The notes under the pieces were generated by a model. It did not search any database, was not told the origin of the DNA, and worked only from the letters and a program-made list of their open reading frames with translations. From an uncultured Pelagibacteraceae bacterium (GTDB taxonomy: Bacteria; Pseudomonadota; Alphaproteobacteria; Pelagibacterales; Pelagibacteraceae): DNA of 64,000 nucleotides. Both the position numbers and the translations under genes were made by a program. The stretch spans positions 21,622-85,621 of the forward strand of contig CACHFM010000003.1 in NCBI GenBank assembly GCA_902579105.1, given 5' to 3'. Below, piece after piece: positions 57,552 through 64,000 of this stretch (the stretch's first letter is position 1; each line of letters begins with the position of its first letter).

Positions 57552-59705
57552 ATGGAATATATCAAAAAATATCCAAAGTTATTTCAATGGTTATTTTTAT
57601 TAATTGTATTTTTTGCCTTATGTTTTGCAATTGATGTACCTGAAACATATAAATTTATTAGAGGCCAAGCAGAATTTGTTAAAGACCCAAATCAAAGCTC
57701 CTATATTTTTTTAGGTAAAGAAGTAAGATATTATGCTTTTGACGTCTTTTGGAGGCTGCCTCCATTATTAGGATGGTTACCTATTTGGATAAATGATTCA
57801 TTGTTTTTCTTAATGAATGAATGGATGCCAATAGAATTTTGGAATGAAGATACTCAAGAATTTAAAACTCGACCATTAGTTTTACAAATAAGTAGAAATT
57901 TAACAGCGTTTATGACGTTTTTAATAGAGTTAATTAGAGAGATTTTATTAGGTGGACTTGAAACTATAGTTGCATTTACTAGTTGGGATTGGATAGATAA
58001 AAATCCTTGGGCAGAACTTCCAGGTTTACCATGGACCATCGTTGCAGCAGGCGCAACAATACTTTCTTATAAGTTAAGTGGCAAGGGTTTAGCATTATTT
58101 GCTGGTTTAACTATGATTTACATTTCAATATTTGGTCAATGGAAACCTTCAATGCAAACTCTTTCATTTATATTGGTTGCAGCACCATTATCATTTATTT
58201 TTGGTTTAGGTTTAGGTATAGCAGCATATAAAAGTAAGCGTATTGAGAAAGCTCTATATCCAATACTTTTGGTAATGCAAACAATGCCACAATATGCCGT
58301 ATTAGTTCCTGCACTTGTTCTTTTTGGAGTTGGAGATCATGCTGCAGTAATTATAACTATGGTAGTTGCTGTTCCACCAATGATATTGTTAACTATATTA
58401 GGTTTGAGAGCAATACCTCCTGAAGTTATTGAGTCGGGTAGAATGAGTGGGTGTAATAATTGGCAATTAATGCTTAAAGTATTAATTCCTACTGCAAGAA
58501 GAGATATCTTGATTGGTGTAAACCAGGTCATAATGGTGTGTTTTTCAATGGCTGTTATTTCTGCATTTATAGGAGCAAAAGGTTTAGGATTTAATTTATT
58601 ATTAGCATTAAACCAACTAAATATCGGTTTAGCTTTAGAGGCTGGATTATGTATTAGTTTAATCGCAATTCTTTTAGACAAAATGTCTTTAGCTTGGGCA
58701 AACAAACAAACAGATTATTTTGGTAACCTTACATTCTTTCAAAGAAATAAAAATATTTTATTTTTTGTTGCAACAGTAGTTATTGGAATTGTACTTGCTT
58801 ATGCTGGAACCTTTTTATTTAAAGGTACTTTTAATTATTTTTTTGAAGTTCCACACAACAAAGGAATATCCACAGCAGATTTTTGGAACAAAGGAGTTGA
58901 TTGGATCTTTGACACTTTTTTTGTTTATATAAAGGCATTTAATACATGGTTAATTCAAGATGTGCTTCAGCCAATGAGAGCTTTATATTTAAGAATGCCT
59001 GCTGTAGCTACAATAGTTTTGGTTGTTGGAGCCGGATATTTAATAGGAGGAATTCGTTCAGCATTAGTTGTTTGTGGATTAACATTATTTATAGCTTTAA
59101 GTCCATGGTGGGATAGAGCATTGGTGACAGCATACATGGCAACTTTTGGAGTTATTGTATCTTGTATAATTGGATTTACAGTTGGAACTTTATGCTTTCA
59201 AAACAAACACTCTGCAAGTTTTATGTTGGGTGTTTGTGATATATTTCAAACCTTTCCTTCATTTGTATACTTAATTCCAGTAATGATGCTTTTTGGTATA
59301 ACCGATACATCGGTCTTAATTGCTGTTATAGTTTACGCTACAATACCAGCAACAAGATATACTATTGAAGGTCTTAGAAGTGTTCCAATTGGATTACATG
59401 ATGCTGCAACAATGTCAGGTGTTAATAAATTTCAAAGATTGACTAAGATAGAATTTCCTCTTGCTTTTCCGCACATGATGCTTGGATTAAATCAAACAAT
59501 CGTATTTGCATTATTTATGGTAATAATTGGAGCATTTATTGGAACAGAAGATTTAGGACAATATATTCTTAAAGCATTATCTGATAAAAAAGGTGCAGGT
59601 ATAGGATTTACCCTTGGGATTTGTGTTGCTTTCATAGGTTTAATATTTGACAATTTAATTAGAACCTGGGTAGATAAAAGAAAAAAACATCTTGGCATAA
59701 ATTAA
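57552..59705 (+). CDS. Double-domain ABC permease of the TMAO (TmoXWV-type) transporter
   Basis: Two ProW-like repeats (MQTMPQYAVL / FQTFPSFVYL). Confidence 0.9.
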   Translation: MEYIKKYPKLFQWLFLLIVFFALCFAIDVPETYKFIRGQAEFVKDPNQSSYIFLGKEVRYYAFDVFWRLPPLLGWLPIWINDSLFFLMNEWMPIEFWNEDTQEFKTRPLVLQISRNLTAFMTFLIELIREILLGGLETIVAFTSWDWIDKNPWAELPGLPWTIVAAGATILSYKLSGKGLALFAGLTMIYISIFGQWKPSMQTLSFILVAAPLSFIFGLGLGIAAYKSKRIEKALYPILLVMQTMPQYAVLVPALVLFGVGDHAAVIITMVVAVPPMILLTILGLRAIPPEVIESGRMSGCNNWQLMLKVLIPTARRDILIGVNQVIMVCFSMAVISAFIGAKGLGFNLLLALNQLNIGLALEAGLCISLIAILLDKMSLAWANKQTDYFGNLTFFQRNKNILFFVATVVIGIVLAYAGTFLFKGTFNYFFEVPHNKGISTADFWNKGVDWIFDTFFVYIKAFNTWLIQDVLQPMRALYLRMPAVATIVLVVGAGYLIGGIRSALVVCGLTLFIALSPWWDRALVTAYMATFGVIVSCIIGFTVGTLCFQNKHSASFMLGVCDIFQTFPSFVYLIPVMMLFGITDTSVLIAVIVYATIPATRYTIEGLRSVPIGLHDAATMSGVNKFQRLTKIEFPLAFPHMMLGLNQTIVFALFMVIIGAFIGTEDLGQYILKALSDKKGAGIGFTLGICVAFIGLIFDNLIRTWVDKRKKHLGIN

Positions 59706-59709
59706 AATT

Positions 59710-61188
59710 GTGAAAAAATTTCTTGTTGCTATTGATCAAGGCACTACATCTACAAGAGTAATTTTATTTGATGTAAATGGAAATAAAAAATTTATATCGC
59801 AGTTTGAAATTAAACAATATTTTCCAAAAAATGGTTGGGTAGAGCATAATCCTAATGAAATTTGGGAAACTACACTTAGATCTTTAAAAAAAGTTATAAA
59901 AAAAGCTAAGGAGCTAAAAGGTAAAATATTAAGCATCGGAATTACTAATCAGAGAGAAACAACTGTCCTTTGGAATAAAAAAAATGGTAGACCTATATAT
60001 AATGCTATTGTTTGGCAAGATAGACGTACACAAAAATATTGTCAAAATTTAAAGAAAAGTAATTATGAGAATAATATTAGAAAAAAGACTGGTTTATTTA
60101 TTGACCCTTATTTTTCAGCAACAAAAATTAAATGGATATTAGATAATGTAAAAAAATCCAAAAAGCTATTAAAAACAAATAATTTATTATTTGGAACTAT
60201 TGATAGTTTTTTAATTTGGAAACTCACTAAAGGAAAAAAACATTTAACTGAGGCGACTAATGCATCCAGAACAATGCTTTTTAATATAAATACGAATAAA
60301 TGGGATAAAAATATATTAAAAAAATTAAAAATACCTAGCAAAATTCTTCCAGAAGTAAAAAATTCAGCCGATGATTTTGGAATTACTGACAAAAAACTTA
60401 CAGGGCAAGTAATTCCTATATCTGCTGTACTTGGAGATCAACAGGCAGCAGCAGTCGGTCAAGCATGTTTTCAAAAAGGTACAACGAAAAGTACATATGG
60501 AACTGGTGCATTCGTTATAATGAATACTGGATCAAAGAAAGTTTTTTCAAAAAATAAATTATTAACTACAATTTGTTACCGTTTACATGAAAAAAATACT
60601 TATGCTTTAGAGGGCTCAATTTTTATTGCTGGAGCAGGAGTGCAATGGCTTAGAGATAAAATAAAATTAATTGATAATGCTTATGAAACAGAAAAAATTA
60701 TAAAATCAAAAAAAAATAATGACGGTGTATATATAGTTCCAGCATTTAGTGGTATAGGAGCTCCTTATTGGAAACCAGATGCAAGAGGGGTTATTACTGG
60801 TTTAACAAGAAATAGTGATTGGAAATCTTTAGTAAGAGCTATTGTCGAGTCTGTTGCATATCAAAGTTATGATTTATTTCATGCTATGAAAAAAGATGGA
60901 CTAAAACCTAAATTGATTAAAACTGATGGAGGAATGGTAGCAAATAATTGGTTTGCACAATTTTTATCAGATATAATAAATTTAAATGTCATTAGACCAA
61001 AAGTATTAGAAACAACAGCTTTAGGAGCTGCTTTTTTAGCTGGATATCAAATTGGAGAGTTTAAATCATTAAATGAAATTCAAATTAAATGGAAAAAAGA
61101 TAGAGTTTTTTCTCCAAAACTTAACAAATCGGTGAGAAATAATTTATTGCAAGGATGGAAACAAGCAATTAGAAAAACTTTAGCATAA
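59710..61188 (+). CDS. glpK: Glycerol kinase
   Basis: GTG start; AIDQGTTSTR, NQRETT, WQDRRT, PYFSATK, GDQQAA, KSTYGTG, EGSIF. Confidence 0.95.
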   Translation: MKKFLVAIDQGTTSTRVILFDVNGNKKFISQFEIKQYFPKNGWVEHNPNEIWETTLRSLKKVIKKAKELKGKILSIGITNQRETTVLWNKKNGRPIYNAIVWQDRRTQKYCQNLKKSNYENNIRKKTGLFIDPYFSATKIKWILDNVKKSKKLLKTNNLLFGTIDSFLIWKLTKGKKHLTEATNASRTMLFNINTNKWDKNILKKLKIPSKILPEVKNSADDFGITDKKLTGQVIPISAVLGDQQAAAVGQACFQKGTTKSTYGTGAFVIMNTGSKKVFSKNKLLTTICYRLHEKNTYALEGSIFIAGAGVQWLRDKIKLIDNAYETEKIIKSKKNNDGVYIVPAFSGIGAPYWKPDARGVITGLTRNSDWKSLVRAIVESVAYQSYDLFHAMKKDGLKPKLIKTDGGMVANNWFAQFLSDIINLNVIRPKVLETTALGAAFLAGYQIGEFKSLNEIQIKWKKDRVFSPKLNKSVRNNLLQGWKQAIRKTLA

Positions 61189-61195
61189 CTTAGCT

Positions 61196-62155
61196 ATGAA
61201 AAAAATATTAATTATTGGATCAGGAGCAATGGGAGCAGCTTTTACTTTCCCTTTGTTAGATAATAATCATAAAGTAACTTTATGTGAACCTTATAATTTT
61301 AAATTAATAAAAAAACTTAATCTTAAAAATAAATTTCACCCAGCTCTGAAAATAAATCTATCAAGTAAATTAAAAACTGAAATATTTTCACCTGAAATAT
61401 TAACTAATAGTTGGGATTTAATTGTTATAGCTGTTAGTTCATTAGGAATAGATCTGATTAGCAAAAAATTTAAAAATTTTAAAAAGAAAACACCTATTTT
61501 GGTTTTAACTAAAGGGCTTAAATTAGATAAGACAAAAAATATTATTACTATGTCTGAACAAATCAAAAAAAATAATAAAAAACTAAATGTTTCTGTTCTA
61601 AAAGGACCTTGTTTGGCAAAGGAGTTAGCTAGAAAAATTAAAAGTTATACTGTAATTGCAAATAAAAATATTCTAATTGCAAAAAAAATAGGCAAATTAG
61701 TCTCTACCACTTATTATAAAACTGAATACTCTTCAGATGTGAAAGGCGTAGAGTTTTCATCAGCAATTAAAAATATTTATTCAATGATTATTGGATCAGC
61801 TAAGGGTAATAATACTTCTTCAGCATTATTTAGAAAATCAATTGAAGAAATGGAATATATAATAAAGTTTTTTAAAGGAAAAAAAGAAACTGTTTATGGC
61901 TTGGCTGGTTTAGCTGATTTATATGTAAGTGCTGTTGGAGGAAGAAATAGTAAAATGGGTGAATATTTAGGTAAAGGTTTAACTTTTAGAAATGCAAAAA
62001 AAAGATTTATGAAAGATGACACTGTAGAGGGAGCTGATCTTGCTTATGAAATAGCTCCATACATATTTAAAAAAATCAATAACCAAAAAATACCATTAAT
62101 GATTGCGTTATTAAATTCAATTGTTAAAAATAAAAAACTTAAAATTAATTATTAA
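61196..62155 (+). CDS. gpsA: NAD(P)H-dependent glycerol-3-phosphate dehydrogenase family
   Basis: GSGAMG, TKG, GPCLA, AIKNIY, GLADL, RNSKMG, VEG. Confidence 0.82.
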   Translation: MKKILIIGSGAMGAAFTFPLLDNNHKVTLCEPYNFKLIKKLNLKNKFHPALKINLSSKLKTEIFSPEILTNSWDLIVIAVSSLGIDLISKKFKNFKKKTPILVLTKGLKLDKTKNIITMSEQIKKNNKKLNVSVLKGPCLAKELARKIKSYTVIANKNILIAKKIGKLVSTTYYKTEYSSDVKGVEFSSAIKNIYSMIIGSAKGNNTSSALFRKSIEEMEYIIKFFKGKKETVYGLAGLADLYVSAVGGRNSKMGEYLGKGLTFRNAKKRFMKDDTVEGADLAYEIAPYIFKKINNQKIPLMIALLNSIVKNKKLKINY

Positions 62156-62158
62156 ATT

Positions 62159-63490
62159 CTATTTATTTAAAAAAGTCTCCATAGAGTCATCCATTGCATT
62201 TTCCCATGGTGTATGATGTATTGGTGCAATAGATCCAGTAACTGGTGAAGAAAATGATTTGTTTCTATATGTTAAAATATCTTCAACTTTATGATGTTCC
62301 CATTCTTTAAAATGTTTTCTAATTAACTCAAAATCAATTTTTGGATAATCTGACATTGCATGTAATTCTTTAGTATATTCAGTTTGAAAATCTATCATTT
62401 GATCAGGGTTTTCTAATTTTTCTTCCATTGAAACCCATTTGTTTATGTCTTTATCAATATCATCATCATTAGGAATCTCAATTTTTTTCATAATAATATC
62501 TCTTGCAAACCAAGCCTGACAGTCAAACATATTAAAAGTATGGAATTGATCCTGCATTCCTAGATATAAAAGCTTATGATTTTTTTGCCAAACAACACCT
62601 TTGTATAGTTTTGGTGGGTATAATCTATTCCCAGTTTTCAATTTAAGTTCTTCATCTAAAAAAGGGAAATAATGAAGGTAGCCTGAACATAAAATTATGA
62701 CATCTGCCTCTTGTTCTGTGCCATCTTTAAAAATTGCTTTTTTTCCTTCTAATCTGTCTAAATGATAAACTTCTTTCATTCCTTTTGGCCACTTAAATCC
62801 CATTGGATTATGTCTGTAGCCTATGGTTACGCTTTTTGCTCCATATTTTTTACATTGTAATGCTACGTCTTCTGCTGAATAACTACTACCTAAAACTATA
62901 ACATTTTTTTCTCTAAATTCTTCAGCATCCCTAAAATCATGTGAATGCATTATTCTACCTGGGAATGATTTCATACCATCATATTCTGGAATGTAAGGCA
63001 CAGAAAAATGTCCAGTCGAAACTACTACATAATCAAAAACATCCCTTACGATTTTATCATTCGCTTTATCTTGATATGAAACTTCAAATTTATCATTTTT
63101 ATAAATTGTATTGATAACTCTAGTATTGAATTTTATTTTATCTTTTAAATTTCCTTTTTTAGCTCTTCCAATTATATAATCATAAAGAACTGCTCTTGGA
63201 GGGAAAGATGGAATAGGATGACCAAAGTGCTCATCAAAAGAGTAATCAGCAAATTCTAAACATTCTTTAGGACCATTTGACCAAAGATACCTATACATAC
63301 TGTTTGGAACCGGGTCTCCATACTGATCAGAGCCAGTTCTCCAACTATAATTCCACAATCCACCCCAGTCATCTTGTTTTTCAAAACAAACTATCTCAGG
63401 AATTTTATTACCTTTTTTTTCAGCTTGCTCAAATGACCTTAACATTGAAAGTCCACATGGTCCCGCACCTATTATAGCTACTTTTGTCAT
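62159..63490 (-). CDS. tmm: Trimethylamine monooxygenase (flavin-containing monooxygenase)
   Basis: GAGPCG, GGLWNY, SMYRYLWSNGPKECLE, FMO fingerprint FPGRIMHSHDFR, GSSYSAED. Confidence 0.93.
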   Translation of the reverse strand: MTKVAIIGAGPCGLSMLRSFEQAEKKGNKIPEIVCFEKQDDWGGLWNYSWRTGSDQYGDPVPNSMYRYLWSNGPKECLEFADYSFDEHFGHPIPSFPPRAVLYDYIIGRAKKGNLKDKIKFNTRVINTIYKNDKFEVSYQDKANDKIVRDVFDYVVVSTGHFSVPYIPEYDGMKSFPGRIMHSHDFRDAEEFREKNVIVLGSSYSAEDVALQCKKYGAKSVTIGYRHNPMGFKWPKGMKEVYHLDRLEGKKAIFKDGTEQEADVIILCSGYLHYFPFLDEELKLKTGNRLYPPKLYKGVVWQKNHKLLYLGMQDQFHTFNMFDCQAWFARDIIMKKIEIPNDDDIDKDINKWVSMEEKLENPDQMIDFQTEYTKELHAMSDYPKIDFELIRKHFKEWEHHKVEDILTYRNKSFSSPVTGSIAPIHHTPWENAMDDSMETFLNK

Positions 63491-63563
63491 TAAATTTTAT
63501 TCATTGTAATAAATTTATAAAAGTATTTTACTAACAAAATGCTTAGAATTACAATAATATTTT

Positions 63564-64000
63564 ATGATGAAAATTAATTGGAATTATCCAACTTCTGTAT
63601 GGGTAGGAGAAAATAGAGTTAAAGATTTATCCGAAGCTTGTAAAAATTTAAGTATTTCAAAACCTCTTTTTGTAACTGATAAAGATCTTATAAATCTAGA
63701 AATGGTTAAAAATATTATTTCAGATCTTAGACAAAACTATAACAATATGTCAATTTTTTCTAATTTTTCTGGCAATCCAATTGGAGAAAATGTTGAAGAA
63801 GGAGTTGAAGTTTTCAATAAAAAAAAATGCGATGGTGTTATAGCTTTTGGTGGAGGAAGTGGATTAGATGTAGGAAAAGCGATTGCATTTATGTCAGGAC
63901 AAACAAGACCTATTTGGGATTTTGAAGATATAGGTGACTATTGGAAAAGAGCAGACGAGAGTAATATTGTGCCAATAATTGCAGTACCTACAACGGCAGG
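63564..64000 (+). CDS. Iron-containing alcohol dehydrogenase, 5' part (runs off window end)
   Basis: Not in ORF track; manual translation MMKINWNYPTSVWVGENR...GGGSGLDVGK...PIIAVPTTA. Confidence 0.88.
   Translation, partial: MMKINWNYPTSVWVGENRVKDLSEACKNLSISKPLFVTDKDLINLEMVKNIISDLRQNYNNMSIFSNFSGNPIGENVEEGVEVFNKKKCDGVIAFGGGSGLDVGKAIAFMSGQTRPIWDFEDIGDYWKRADESNIVPIIAVPTTA

Noticed and set aside
493-63477. Many 60-140 aa ORFs in the track (e.g. 493..687, 19308..19631, 24292..24711, 28480..28698, 46571..46993, 58337..58705)
   Set aside because: They lie antisense to, or out of frame within, well-supported genes and have no recognisable motifs; shadow ORFs
1-64000. Prophage, integrase, transposon, tRNA or rRNA
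   Set aside because: No such ORFs or structured GC-rich RNA genes seen; intergenic spaces are too short and AT-rich

Overview
Very AT-rich, gene-dense bacterial chromosome segment. Protein similarities recalled from memory (TmoX, Tdm, Tmm, the PotD-like binding protein) point to Candidatus Pelagibacter (SAR11); no database search was run. Almost the whole window deals with small methylated N/S compounds and osmolytes. (i) 1-17.1 kb: an apparently accessory catabolic block with a betaine-family ABC transporter, a DmdA-like THF demethylase, a cytoplasmic BisC/DMSO-reductase-family molybdoenzyme, CoA-transferase, Fe-ADH, amidase, NylB-like hydrolase, an atypical homocysteine methyltransferase and three EamA exporters. 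(ii) 17.1-32 kb: eutA-doeA with a Pot-family ABC system, beta-oxidation genes, agmatinase, ALDH and ArgE. (iii) 32-41 kb: housekeeping genes (csaA, acnA, yfgM/bamB, zapE, yjbQ) and unknowns. (iv) 41-64 kb: the methylated-amine cluster (gmaS, Amt, mgsABC, a second gamma-glutamyl ligase, a lone SoxB-like flavoprotein, tdm, TMAO transporter, glpK-gpsA, tmm). I found no rRNA, tRNA, CRISPR array, integrase or transposase. The two strongest leads are a possible uptake-reduction-demethylation system for an oxidised methyl-sulfur or N-oxide osmolyte (1-8.3 kb) and a possible DmmABC-independent, gamma-glutamylation-based dimethylamine route (48-54 kb). A repeated TA palindrome in the second region may be its operator.
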